Origin: an uncultured Chloroflexia bacterium
GTDB lineage: Bacteria > Chloroflexota > Dehalococcoidia > UBA2979
Length of the DNA: 64,000 nucleotides
Direction: 5' to 3'
Assembly: GCA_963728205.1 (NCBI GenBank)
Contig: CAVSIV010000006.1
Location: forward strand, 192,001 to 256,000
Part shown: positions 9,082-19,058 of the stretch, piece by piece
Position numbering within the stretch: the first letter of the stretch is position 1
How the letters are laid out: each line of letters starts with the position of its first letter
Translations under genes and position numbers: made by a program
Notes under the pieces: generated by a model
Told to the model about the DNA's origin: nothing
What the model saw: the letters and a program-made list of their open reading frames with translations, nothing else
Database searches by the model: none

Positions 9082-12000
9082 TCAAACTCGGGGGATCTGG
9101 AGCCTCAAGCTGTCGAGTGCTGCGCCAGAAATCACGCGGGCGTACTCCGACTGGACGGCCGCCGACGGCTCCTCCCCGAGCTCGTCCCTCAGCGCATCGT
9201 GATACCGGCGGTATACCCGCGCGGCTAACTCCAAGTGCCCACCACGGGAGTGAGCCTGCATCTGATAGCGGACTGCATCTTCGTTCAACGGGTCGATCGC
9301 AAGAATCGAATCCGTGAGGACAATCACCTCAGGAAACTCTGACCGGCGCAGCGCCTGGACGGCCAGTGTGACGAGCGACGCGACGTAACGGTCCTCATAC
9401 TGGCGACGCGTCTCACTTGCCCACTCCGTTTGGAACGGTTCAGCAAACGGCCCGCGGTAAAGCCGAATCGCGGCGAGAACCTCATCGAGCCAACGTTTGC
9501 CGCCCGGTCGTTCGCGCTCGGCAGCCGACATGTGGGTTTCAAATTCGCGAGCGTCGTACGCGATGTCGAACGCGTCGCTTACCTGATATCCCTCGTCCGA
9601 CTGGACGACGATCTGGCGGTCGATTGCCTTCCGCAGCCGGTAGAGGGTCGAGTGGAAGGCGCTGTTGATTTGGTCCTGTGCCGCGTCAGGCCACAACTCG
9701 AGCGCGATTTGCTCCTTGCGCAATGGCCGTCCGGAGTGCAGTAGGAAGAAGAACATCTCCTTGCTGCGCTCGCTTCGCCACTCCAAGTCGCTTACCTGAC
9801 GCCCCCCCATGAGCACACGCGGCGTTCCAAACGCTTCTGCGCGGATCTGCGACGTGGACGCTGGTGTCGTCGGGAAGGCCGGCTCGGCTCCGCGCACTCG
9901 CGGAATCCGGTCTCGGAGGGTCTTGAAGTAATCACCGCCAGCTCGACGAGCCACGGCGAACTCGACCAACTCAATATGTTGACGCGCTTCGACATAGAGG
10001 AACTCGTCATAGCCAACACGACCCGCGAGATTCGCAACCTGCTCGAGCTCCTGCACCGCGCGGCTGCGTTGCCGGTTGGCGAGGTGGGCGGCCGCCAATC
10101 GGAGCCTCGCAATCGCCTCCTCGCGGGGTTCTTCTGCTTCGCGGGCATCAGCCACGGACTGATTGAGGACGCTAGTCGCAGCCTCGATCCGCCCTTCCGC
10201 GAGAAGAACCGCGCCGAGCGCGCTCCTGAATTGAGCACGAAACAGCAGCATCCCCCCCTGTTCAGCCGTTCGCAGCCCGTGTTCGAGCAGGGAACGCGCG
10301 CGGGTCAGTTCCCCTTGCTCCCGATACACCAGCGCAAGGCCCAAAGTCGCACCCATGATTAACGGCGGGTCATCGATGTCCTGCGCGGCCTTGAGAGCCA
10401 GGGTCCGAAGAGAGGCAGCAGTCTGCAGTCCCCCAGATCGTGCTCCACGGCAGCGAGGTTCTCGTGGCCATAGGCTTCACCTCGTGCGTAGTGCAAATCC
10501 CGCGACCGCTGGATCACGGCGTTGAATGTGTCGCGAGCCGTCTCAAGCTCGCTCATGATCTTTTGCAACTCGCCGATGTTGCCCATCGTCGTCACTTGTT
10601 GCCTGAGGTCTCCGACCGCGCGCCATAGCCGCTGGGACGTCGTGAAGGCCTTCATCGCACCGGCAAGCTCACCGGTGTACCCGAGGCAGTCTGCCGAGCC
10701 CGTCGTAGCATTCAGCGGATCGGTGCTGATCGCCCAACTCCTCGAAGGCACGGGCTCCCCGTTCGAAGTTCTCGCGTGCCCGGTCGAACAAGCCGCTGAC
10801 GCCGAGAGCGATGCCTTCTTCCAAGTCGAGTTCGGCATGAACTTCGGGTTCGTCTACGGACTCCCGCGCAATTCCCCTGGCAGTCCGGCACGCCTCGAGC
10901 GCGTCCGTCAACCGACCCAGATGCCGCAAACCGACAGAGCGATATATCTCGCGTTTTACCTGCTGACTCGGGCTAAGACCGCGCTCGTCCACCGCTTCGA
11001 GCGTGCGAGGCCGCGGTGTCCCTCGCCCGATTTGAGAGCGTGCCGAGCGCGAGCCAAGGCGAGTTCGGTCTCCGAACGCAGCACGTCTTCGGGTAGCCGG
11101 TCCAGCCACCCGACAAGGGTCGACCATTCACCCCGCTGATAGAGCTCGTCACGCAGGTCTAGTATTTCGGGGACAGCCTCCGACCAATCCTTAGCATCAA
11201 GTGCCATCTCAACCGCTTCCCGCCGCATGCCGCGCCGGGCGTACAGGGCAGCAGACGATCGGCGGAGTTCCAGAATCCTCTCCGGATCCTCACGCTCCAT
11301 ACGCGACACCAAGTGCTCACGGAGGATGGAATGGATGCGGTACCAGTTCCCGTCCTCTAGTCGAACTATCAGATGGGTAGCGCGCTCTACGCTCACGCAA
11401 TCTCCGAGCAGCATCACTGTGTCCGCTCAACTCTCGGACGAGGGGCACGTCGAATGACTGCAGTACCGCGCAGGACTCGAGCAGGTCGAGCTGCTCGCTT
11501 GCGAGCCGCGCGAGCACCTCCTGATCGACAAAGTCCGCGAGGATGAACTCTGACGCTGAGGTGTCGCTGGGCCGCGTAGGGTCCGCATGTTCGCCAAGAA
11601 TCGCAAGTGCCGCCGCCCACCCATCAGCTCTGCGGATCACGGATGCCTGGGCAACACCCTCGGTGACGCCAAGCACCCGTAGCAGTTCCAGTGCTTCGTC
11701 GTCGGAGAATTGCAGATCGCGCACGGTAAGGCTCAGCGCCCTCCGCTGGGCAGTGAGACGGGGGAGGGAGGGAAGGAGCGTCCACGAGCGCGTCAAAACA
11801 ACCAGGCGCATGCTCAACGGCAAGCCCTGAGCCAGGGTATCGAGCAGCTCGAGCGCGGCGTCGGCTCCCTCAAGCGCGTTCAAGTCGTCGACCACGAGGA
11901 TGAAGAGCTCATCCACTGACTGGTGGATCACAGCGGCGAACTCAGACACGAGCGCGCTCGGGTCGGCCCGTTCGCCAACGTTCTCCAGACGTTCGGCAAA

Positions 12001-12305
12001 TGCCTGAAGCTCGTCCGGCGCGATCCCGCGCACTGCGCTCGTGAGGTTCGCCAGGAGCGCTAGCGGGTCGCGATCCTGCCGGTCGAGTGACAACCAGCAC
12101 GCGGGCAACCCAACCTCGGCGAGCCAGTCAACCGCCAGCGTTGACTTTCCGTAGCCCGCTGGTGCGCTGACGACGATCACGTCGTGCTCGAGCGCGTCGG
12201 AGAGGATGCGGTGCAAGCGGTCGCGGCGAATCGTGTCTGCCCGCCGACGCGGAGGCGTCAGTCGGGCGAACTACTCAAGAACTTCGGTGGGCGCTTCGCA
12301 GTCAT
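9082..12305 (-). CDS. Large MalT-like NTPase - TPR - OmpR-type wHTH - BTAD transcriptional regulator (~1070 aa), interrupted by about five frameshifts
   Basis: Fragments in order: LTPPRRRADTIRRDRL, Walker A APAGYGKST, Walker B LVVDDLN, GWAAAL, WYRIHSILREHL, TPR-like helices, WRSERSKEMFFFLL...LWPD...STLYRLRK (wHTH), LYRGPF...DPLNEDA...ELGEEPS (BTAD). Confidence 0.85.
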
Positions 12306-12436
12306 CGCCAACCCCTCAGGTAACTGTAGGGGTGAAAAATACGGCGCGTCATTACCGGACGGCTCTCAGGGGGGCTGGTGCCCGCGCGCTACCCTGCGCT
12401 CGCCCACTCAGCGCCCCCCGGGGGAAGGATTGCCAC

Positions 12437-13192
12437 ATGCCATACGTCGACCGCGACGGCGTCCAGGTCTACTACGAGAGCCACGGCGACGGTCCGGCCG
12501 TGCTGCTCAGCCACGGCTACTCGTCGACGTCGCACATGTGGGCCGGCCAGGTGGAGGCGCTCGCCGGCGACTACCGCCTCATCACCTGGGACATGCGCGG
12601 CCACGGCAGGACCGACAGCCCCGACGACCGGGACGCCTACAGCGAGCAGGCCACCGTGGAGGACATGGCGGCCATCCTCGCGGCCTGCGGCGAGGAGCGC
12701 GCGGTGATCGGCGGGCTCTCGCTCGGCGGCTACATGTCGCTCGCCTTCTACCTCGCCCACCCCGAGATGACCCGCGCCCTCATGCTCTTCGACACCGGCC
12801 CCGGCTACCGCAACCCGAAGGCGCGCGAGGGCTGGAACGAGACCGCCGTTCGCCGCGCCGAGCGCTTCGAGGAGCGCGGGCTCGACGCCCTCGGCGGCGG
12901 CGACGAGGTCCGGCGCGACCTCCATCGCTCCGCGACCGGCCTCGCCAACGCCGCGCGCGGCATGCTCGCGCAGTTCGACGACCGCGTGATCTCGTCGCTC
13001 GACCAGGTCAGCGTCCCGACGCTCGTGCTCGTCGGCGCGAACGACGAGCCGTTCCTCGCCGGCACCGACTACATGGTGAACAAGATCCCCGGCGCGACGA
13101 AGGTCGTGATCGCCGACGCCGGCCACGCGTCGAACATCCACCAGCCGGCGGCGTTCAACGACGCCGTGCGGTCGTTCCTCGCGACCCTCTAG
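12437..13192 (+). CDS. Alpha/beta fold hydrolase
   Basis: HGY, WDMRGHG, GLSLGG nucleophile elbow, AGH. Confidence 0.92.
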   Translation: MPYVDRDGVQVYYESHGDGPAVLLSHGYSSTSHMWAGQVEALAGDYRLITWDMRGHGRTDSPDDRDAYSEQATVEDMAAILAACGEERAVIGGLSLGGYMSLAFYLAHPEMTRALMLFDTGPGYRNPKAREGWNETAVRRAERFEERGLDALGGGDEVRRDLHRSATGLANAARGMLAQFDDRVISSLDQVSVPTLVLVGANDEPFLAGTDYMVNKIPGATKVVIADAGHASNIHQPAAFNDAVRSFLATL

Positions 13193-13196
13193 CGGC

Positions 13197-13733
13197 GTGC
13201 CCGACGCGCCGTCGCCGCGGCTCGTGATCGCGGTGGCCGGCGGGCAGGACGCCGGCGCCGAGGCGCTGCGGCAGGCCCACGAGGTCGGCCGCACGCTCGG
13301 CGCGCTCGGCCATGTCACGCTCACCGGCGGGCGCGGCGGCGTGATGGAGGCGGCCTCGCGCGGCGCGCAGGAGGCCGGCGGCCTCGTGCTCGCCATCCTC
13401 CCGGGCGACGACGCGAGCGAGGCTAACCCCTACGTCGACATCCCCGTCGTCACCGGCCTCGGCCTCGCGCGCAACACGATCGTCGCGCGCACGGCGCAGG
13501 CGCTGATCGCGATCGACGGGCAGTACGGCACGCTCTCCGAGATCGCGTTCGCGCTGATCGCCGGCACGCCGGTCGTCGGGCTCGGCACGTGGGAGGCGCG
13601 CGACGCCGCCGGCACGGCGGCGCCGGTGGTGCCGGCGGCGTCGCCGCTCGACGCCGTGGAGATCGCGGTGCGGCTCGCGAGCGGCCGGCCGCCGCGACGG
13701 CGCGCCTCGCCGCGCGACCGTCCGCGGGGGTAG
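13197..13733 (+). CDS. LOG/SLOG family (TIGR00725-like) Rossmann protein
   Basis: TGGRGGVMEAASRGA, TGLGLARN, GQYGTLSEIAFA. Confidence 0.88.
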   Translation: MPDAPSPRLVIAVAGGQDAGAEALRQAHEVGRTLGALGHVTLTGGRGGVMEAASRGAQEAGGLVLAILPGDDASEANPYVDIPVVTGLGLARNTIVARTAQALIAIDGQYGTLSEIAFALIAGTPVVGLGTWEARDAAGTAAPVVPAASPLDAVEIAVRLASGRPPRRRASPRDRPRG

Positions 13734-13791
13734 CCTGCCGCCGCCGCGGGCGGCATGCTCGCACCGCGACCACCGGGGCGGAGGAGGCGCG

Positions 13792-14196
13792 ATGACGGCC
13801 GACACCGAGCGCGAGCCCGACTTCATCTCCTGGGTCGGCTTCCAGACCACCGACCGCCGCGAGGGCTACGTGCTCTCGGAGCTCGACGTCGCGCCGCGCC
13901 ACCTCAACCCCTACGGCACCCTCCACGGCGGCGTCCTCTACGCGATGGCCGACACCGGCATGGGCGCGGCGCTCGCGGGGACGCTGGCGGCCGGGGAGAC
14001 CTCCGCGACGATCGAGATCAACATCGTCTACATCGCGGCCGTGACCTCCGGCCGCGTGCGCTGCGCGACGCGCGTCGTGCACCGCGGCAGCCGCATCGCG
14101 ACGCTGGAGTGCGAGCTGCACAACGACTCCGAGCGCGGCGAGCGGCTCGTGGCGAAGGCGCTGGGCACGTTCGCCGTCGTCCAGGTCCGCTCGTAG
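13792..14196 (+). CDS. PaaI family thioesterase (hotdog fold)
   Basis: HLNPYGTLHGGVLYAMADTGMG. Confidence 0.93.
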   Translation: MTADTEREPDFISWVGFQTTDRREGYVLSELDVAPRHLNPYGTLHGGVLYAMADTGMGAALAGTLAAGETSATIEINIVYIAAVTSGRVRCATRVVHRGSRIATLECELHNDSERGERLVAKALGTFAVVQVRS

Positions 14197-14295
14197 CGCC
14201 CGCGGCGCGACGCGTACGGGCGGCGGCGGGCGCTGTGGCCGACTGTCGTCCCGCGGACACTTCCCGCGCACCCGAAACCGCGTAGAATCCGGCGC

Positions 14296-14433
14296 ATGAA
14301 CCGACTCGCTCGAGCCTGTACCCACGTCGCCGTTCCGGCGTTCGCGCTCGTCGCGATCGCCGCCGGCGCGCTGCTCGCGAGCCCGCTCGTGTTCATCTGG
14401 GGCATGTCGGCGCAGCGGATGCTGTTCCGCTAG
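14296..14433 (+). CDS. Unannotated 45-aa hydrophobic peptide MNRLARACTHVAVPAFALVAIAAGALLASPLVFIWGMSAQRMLFR
   Basis: TAGAAT -10 box (14283-14288) 7 nt before ATG (leaderless pattern); fills the intergenic gap; shares VFIWGM with the 8781-8897 peptide. Confidence 0.65.
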   Translation: MNRLARACTHVAVPAFALVAIAAGALLASPLVFIWGMSAQRMLFR

Positions 14434-14518
14434 CCGCCCAGGGGCCGGGCCGGGATTCTCGCGTCGCGGTCGAGGCGAGCGCACACCGCTCGCCGTTTCG
14501 TCGTGTCCGCCTCCGGCC

Positions 14519-15325
14519 CTAGCTGCCCAGCACCGCGCGCCACGACGCGGCGTCGAAGCCGCCGTCGAGGTGGATGGTCTGGCCGATGAGCATCGGCGCC
14601 TGGTCCGAGCACACCCACGCCACCGCCGCCGCCACGTCCTCGGGCGCGACGTTGCGCCCGGCCGGGACGTGCGGCCGCACGCGGTCCGAGGTCTCCGCGC
14701 GGTAGGAGTGCTCGCCCTCGGAGCCCTCGACCCAGCCGGCCGACACCGCGTTGACGCGGATACCGCGCGGGGCGAGCTCGACGGCGAGGTACATGGTGAG
14801 CGACGCCAGCGCGGCCTTGCTCACGCCGACGGCGGAGTAGTCGGGCATGTAGTGGAAGGCGCCGGGCGAGAGCAGGTTGACCACCGCGCCGCCGCCGCGC
14901 GCCTCCATCAGCGGCGCGGCGGCCTGCACCGCGCCCCACGGGCCGAAGACGTTGACGTCCATCGTGCGGTGGAGGTGCTTCGGGCGCTGCTCGATCGCCG
15001 GCCGCGGGCGCTCGAGGCCGCGCGCGGCGTTGTTCACGAGGATGTCGAGCCCGCCCCACGCCGCGCCGACGTGCGCGAACAGCGCGTCGACCGCGGCCGC
15101 GTCGCCGACGTCGGCCTGGCGCGTCTCGGACTCCACGCCGAGCGCGCGGCAGTCGGCGGCGGTCTGCTCGGCCGCCTCCGCGGAGCGCGCGTAGTTCACG
15201 AGGACGTGCGCGCCCTCGCGCGCGAGGCGCAGCGCGATGGCGCGGCCGATGCCGCGCGAGCCGCCGAGCACGACGGCGCGCTTGCCGGCGAGGGAGGGGT
15301 AGCGGGGGCCGGTGGGGTCGGTCAT
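14519..15325 (-). CDS. SDR oxidoreductase (FabL-like enoyl reductase)
   Basis: GGSRGIG, DILVNNAA, YSAVGVSKAAL, IRVNAVSAG. Confidence 0.9.
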   Translation of the reverse strand: MTDPTGPRYPSLAGKRAVVLGGSRGIGRAIALRLAREGAHVLVNYARSAEAAEQTAADCRALGVESETRQADVGDAAAVDALFAHVGAAWGGLDILVNNAARGLERPRPAIEQRPKHLHRTMDVNVFGPWGAVQAAAPLMEARGGGAVVNLLSPGAFHYMPDYSAVGVSKAALASLTMYLAVELAPRGIRVNAVSAGWVEGSEGEHSYRAETSDRVRPHVPAGRNVAPEDVAAAVAWVCSDQAPMLIGQTIHLDGGFDAASWRAVLGS

Positions 15326-15386
15326 GCGACGGAGTATCGCGGGCGGCCGGGAGAGCGTCGATAGCGGCCGCACGGCTCGAGCCGGC

Positions 15387-16253
15387 TCACGCGCGCCGTC
15401 CGCTCCCCGGCCCGAGGTGCTCGAGCCCCGCCCGCACCTCGGCGGTCAACGCGATGCCCATGCGGCGCCCGTCCGGGAACCGGTCGGTCCGATCCCAGCG
15501 CCACGCCGCGACCATCGCGACGGAGAGGATGCGGCAGGCTCGGAGCAGCTCCGGGTCCGCGCCCCGGTACCGCTCGCCGACGGCCGCGGGCGCGTGGACG
15601 ACGTCGAACTCGACGGGCCCGCGGCAGCACGTCTCGAGGTCGATGAAGAGCAGCCCGTCGCGCGTGCCCAGGAGGTTGCCGGGATGCGGCTCGCCGTGCA
15701 GCAGCTGCTCGGCGGCGCCGCGCGCTGCGATCGCGGCGACCATCCCGTCCAGCGCGCCGACCAGCAGCGCCCGGTCGGCGTCGCCGAGGTCCGGGGTCGC
15801 CTCGGCCTCGGCGACGAGCCGCCGCGCCTCCGCCACGCGATCCGTGAAGCGCGGCGCATCGAGCGCAATCTCGCGCAGCCCCGCGTGCAGCCGCTCGAGC
15901 GCCCGGGCGTAGGCGCCCGGGGCGACGTCCTGCGACGCCGTCGGCTCGTAGTAGCGCCACAGCGTGACGACGAAGCCGTCGCGCGCGTACGCCCGCGGCT
16001 CGACGCGCGGGTCGAGGCCGGCCACCGGGGCGTCCGTCTCCGCCAGCCGCCGCGCGACCTCGATCTCGAACTCCGCGCCGGCGCGCGACGCCGGCGTCGC
16101 GATCGCGACGCGCGCGAGCACGTCGCACGGGAGCAGCCGCACGGCGATCCGGTTCGACACCCAGAGGACGGCGGCGTCGTCGGCCGCCAGGCCGAGCGCC
16201 GAGGCGGTCGACATCGCGGCAGCCACGGCGGGCCGCACGAGCGACGGTTGCAT
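15387..16253 (-). CDS. Aminoglycoside phosphotransferase/kinase-like protein
   Basis: LLHGEPHPGNLL, FIDLETCCRGPVEFD. Confidence 0.88.
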   Translation of the reverse strand: MQPSLVRPAVAAAMSTASALGLAADDAAVLWVSNRIAVRLLPCDVLARVAIATPASRAGAEFEIEVARRLAETDAPVAGLDPRVEPRAYARDGFVVTLWRYYEPTASQDVAPGAYARALERLHAGLREIALDAPRFTDRVAEARRLVAEAEATPDLGDADRALLVGALDGMVAAIAARGAAEQLLHGEPHPGNLLGTRDGLLFIDLETCCRGPVEFDVVHAPAAVGERYRGADPELLRACRILSVAMVAAWRWDRTDRFPDGRRMGIALTAEVRAGLEHLGPGSGRRA

Positions 16254-16396
16254 CGCGGATCACCTCCGGGCCCTGCGTGGGAAGCACGGCTGCGCTCGCC
16301 GCAGGCTACGCCCCGCCGCGTGCGGGGACTCGCGCTGCCGGTCGCTCGCGGCCCGAACGCCCCGTCGTGCCGCACCCGGGCCGCTATCATCCGCGC

Positions 16397-16921
16397 GTGA
16401 GCGACCTGATTGCCGACCTCTACCGCCAGAACGAGTGGGCGAACCTGCGGCTGATCGACGTCTGCCGCGGGCTCAGCGACGACCAGCTCGACGCGACGGC
16501 CGTCGGCGCGTACGGCTCGATACGGCGCACGCTGATGCACATCGCCTTCGGCGAAGTGAACTCCGTCACGCTGCTCGGGGCCACGCCGGCGCACAGCGTG
16601 ACCCGGGAACAGCCCTGGGTCGGCTTCGACGCCCTCGCGCAGGTCGTGCGCGCGACGGCCGCGGGGCTGGTCGAACGAGCGCGCGCGGTCGGCGGCACGA
16701 CGCTCGTCCTGCCCGACGACCGGGGCGACCCGGACAGGGCCTACGAGATCGACGCCAACGTGCTGCTGATCCAGGCGATCAACCACAGCACCGAGCACCG
16801 CAGCCAGGTCTGCACCGTGCTCACCACGCTCGGCGTCCTGCCGCGCGAGAGCGGCGGCGAGACGATCGTCGACGCGTGGACGTGGGCCGAGGCGGACGGC
16901 CGCGCGCGTCCCGTCGGGTAG
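16397..16921 (+). CDS. DinB family protein
   Basis: NEWAN, GSIRRTLMHI, INHSTEHRSQ; TATCAT box before GTG. Confidence 0.88.
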   Translation: MSDLIADLYRQNEWANLRLIDVCRGLSDDQLDATAVGAYGSIRRTLMHIAFGEVNSVTLLGATPAHSVTREQPWVGFDALAQVVRATAAGLVERARAVGGTTLVLPDDRGDPDRAYEIDANVLLIQAINHSTEHRSQVCTVLTTLGVLPRESGGETIVDAWTWAEADGRARPVG

Positions 16922-17054
16922 GCGGGCGCGAGCCCCGCGAGCGCGGCAACGAGCCCACGAAACTCCACGATTTCCCGACGCGCGGGGACGCCCCGTGCCC
17001 CCGCGAACCCCGACCATGACCGCAGGCAAACCTGTAGCCGGGGGGCAACGCCGC

Positions 17055-17834
17055 ATGACCGCCGTCGAAGACCTCCTGCATCGAGGCCTGATCGCCTTCG
17101 TGGAGCGCGTCCACGGCGCGATGGTCGCGGCCACGGCGTTCGCGCTGTACGCGGGCGCGGGGCTGCTGCTGCCGCTCGCGCGGCACTGGCCGGCGCCCGT
17201 GCTGGCGTATGCGAACTTCGTCGCGACGATGTTCGCCGCCTTCCTCATCCTCGCGTGGCTCGAGGTGCAGCTGCGGGCGCGGGACCGCCGCCACCTCCTC
17301 GAGTGGACGACGAACCTGCGGCTGCTGTCGTCCGAGGAGTTCGAGTGGTTCGTCGGCGAGCTCTTCCGTCGCGACGGCTGGAGCGTCCGCGAGACCGGGA
17401 GGCAGGGCGCGGGGGATGGCAACGTCGACCTGAAGTTAGAGCGCGGCACGGAGCGGCGGCTCGTGCAGTGCAAGCGGTGGTCGTCGTGGAGCGTCGGCGT
17501 CGACGACATCCGGCGCTTCGCGGGGACGCTGATGCGCGAGGGCCTGCCCGGCCCGGCCGGCGTGTTCGTGACGCTGTCGTCGTTCACCGAGCAGGCGGCG
17601 GCGGAGGCCGCGCGCACGGGGATGACGCTCGTCAACGGCCCCGACCTGCTGGCGCGAGCGGAGCAGGCGCGGCGCGCGGAACCCTGCCCCGTGTGCCGCC
17701 GGCCGATGCTGCTCGACCGCTCGCCGCGCGGGTGGTGGTTCCGCTGCACGTGGGCACGCTGCGGCGGCAAGCGCGACCTCGGCAACGAGCCCGGCGCGGC
17801 GGTGGACCTGCTGACGGCCGGTCCCGCGCTCTGA
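17055..17834 (+). CDS. Mrr-like restriction endonuclease with two N-terminal TM helices and a C-terminal Zn ribbon
   Basis: EFEWFVGELF, GDGNVDL, LVQCKRW, SSFTEQA, CPVC...FRCTWARC. Confidence 0.85.
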   Translation: MTAVEDLLHRGLIAFVERVHGAMVAATAFALYAGAGLLLPLARHWPAPVLAYANFVATMFAAFLILAWLEVQLRARDRRHLLEWTTNLRLLSSEEFEWFVGELFRRDGWSVRETGRQGAGDGNVDLKLERGTERRLVQCKRWSSWSVGVDDIRRFAGTLMREGLPGPAGVFVTLSSFTEQAAAEAARTGMTLVNGPDLLARAEQARRAEPCPVCRRPMLLDRSPRGWWFRCTWARCGGKRDLGNEPGAAVDLLTAGPAL

Positions 17835-17937
17835 GCTCAGTCGCGGCCATCCGGCGAGCGCGGGCCATATGGCCTGTGCCGACGGCTCAGAGCGGTGACA
17901 GGCTCGACCATGAGCACGGGGCGGGTTTGCCCCGCCG

Positions 17938-18555
17938 CTACACGGTCGCCCGCGCCACCGTGTAGTCCGGGCCCTGCTTCAGCTTCTCGTAGTTGCCGAA
18001 GTGCTCCTGGATCACGCGCTGCACGAAACGGCGCATGCCGGTGAGGCCGACCAGGTACAGCCGCCCCCCGGGCAGCAGCCGGTCGCGGGCGTCGGCGATC
18101 ATCAGCGTGAGCATCTCGTTGCCGGCGCGCGCGGGGATGTTCGACGCGACGAGCGTGAAGCGCCGCGCGGGGTCGACGTCGCGGAAGCCGTTGCTGAGCA
18201 TCGCCTCGGCGTTCGCGATGCCGTTCGCCGCGGCGTTCTTGCGCGCGTACTCCACCGCGACGAAGTCCTTGTCGAGCAAGAGCGTGCGCCCGCGCGGCGC
18301 GAGGCGCGCCAGCGTCAGCCCGATCGCGCCGTAGCCGCAGCCGACGTCGACGCAATCGTCGTCCTCGCGCACCTCGATGCGGTCGAGCAGCAGGCGCGTG
18401 CCGGAGTCAATCTCGCGCGGCGAGAAGAGGCCCCACGTGCTGCGCAGGTGCAGGCGCTGGCCGGCGAGGTCGGCGTCGAGCTCGATGTCGGCGCGGAGCC
18501 GGTCGAGCGCGGCGGCGCGCGCGCGGGCGGGGTCGTCGGCTGGCGGCTCCGTCAC
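17938..18555 (-). CDS. RsmC-like small class I SAM methyltransferase
   Basis: GLFSPREIDSGTRLLL, DVGCGYGAIG, SNIPARAG. Confidence 0.88.
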   Translation of the reverse strand: MTEPPADDPARARAAALDRLRADIELDADLAGQRLHLRSTWGLFSPREIDSGTRLLLDRIEVREDDDCVDVGCGYGAIGLTLARLAPRGRTLLLDKDFVAVEYARKNAAANGIANAEAMLSNGFRDVDPARRFTLVASNIPARAGNEMLTLMIADARDRLLPGGRLYLVGLTGMRRFVQRVIQEHFGNYEKLKQGPDYTVARATV

Positions 18556-19058
18556 GAGCCGGCGGGCGGGGGCGGCGGGGCGGGCGCCGGCTGCAGGCTG
18601 AACGGTCCGCGCGCGGGCGGGACGAGGACGCCGAGCGCCCACTCGTAGCCGTCCGGGTCGCGCACGAGCACTTCGCGCCAGCCGTGGCCCTTGTTCACGG
18701 GCGGCGCCACGACATCGGCGCCGTGGGCGGCGGCGCGCTCCGCGATCACGTCCGGGTCGCGCGTGCCGAGCAGCCGGATCTGCGCGCCGATCCCGCGCTG
18801 CGCGCCGGCCGCGAGCGCGGCGAACCACGGGTGGCCGTCGTGCGTGTGGTCGGCGTGCAGCATCACCTCGGCCGCGCCGACGCGCACCGCGGCGAAGTCG
18901 ACGTCGACGTAGTGCACCTCGGCGTCGAGCACGTCGCGGTAGAAGTCGGCGGCGCGCGCGGTGTCGCGCACGATCAGGTTGAGCGAGAGCTCCGGCAGCA
19001 GCGCGCCGTAGCGAAAGCCGGGCATCCACGGGACCATGTCGTCGGGTCGCTGCTTCAC
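18552..19058 (-). CDS. VOC/glyoxalase family protein
   Basis: LIVRDTARAADFYRDVL, HGWREVLVRDPDGYEW. Confidence 0.88.
   Translation of the reverse strand: MKQRPDDMVPWMPGFRYGALLPELSLNLIVRDTARAADFYRDVLDAEVHYVDVDFAAVRVGAAEVMLHADHTHDGHPWFAALAAGAQRGIGAQIRLLGTRDPDVIAERAAAHGADVVAPPVNKGHGWREVLVRDPDGYEWALGVLVPPARGPFSLQPAPAPPPPPAGS

Noticed and set aside
4560-12350. Prophage or integrative element
   Set aside because: No integrase, phage structural gene, tRNA target or flanking att repeat seen; only the composition shift supports foreign origin.
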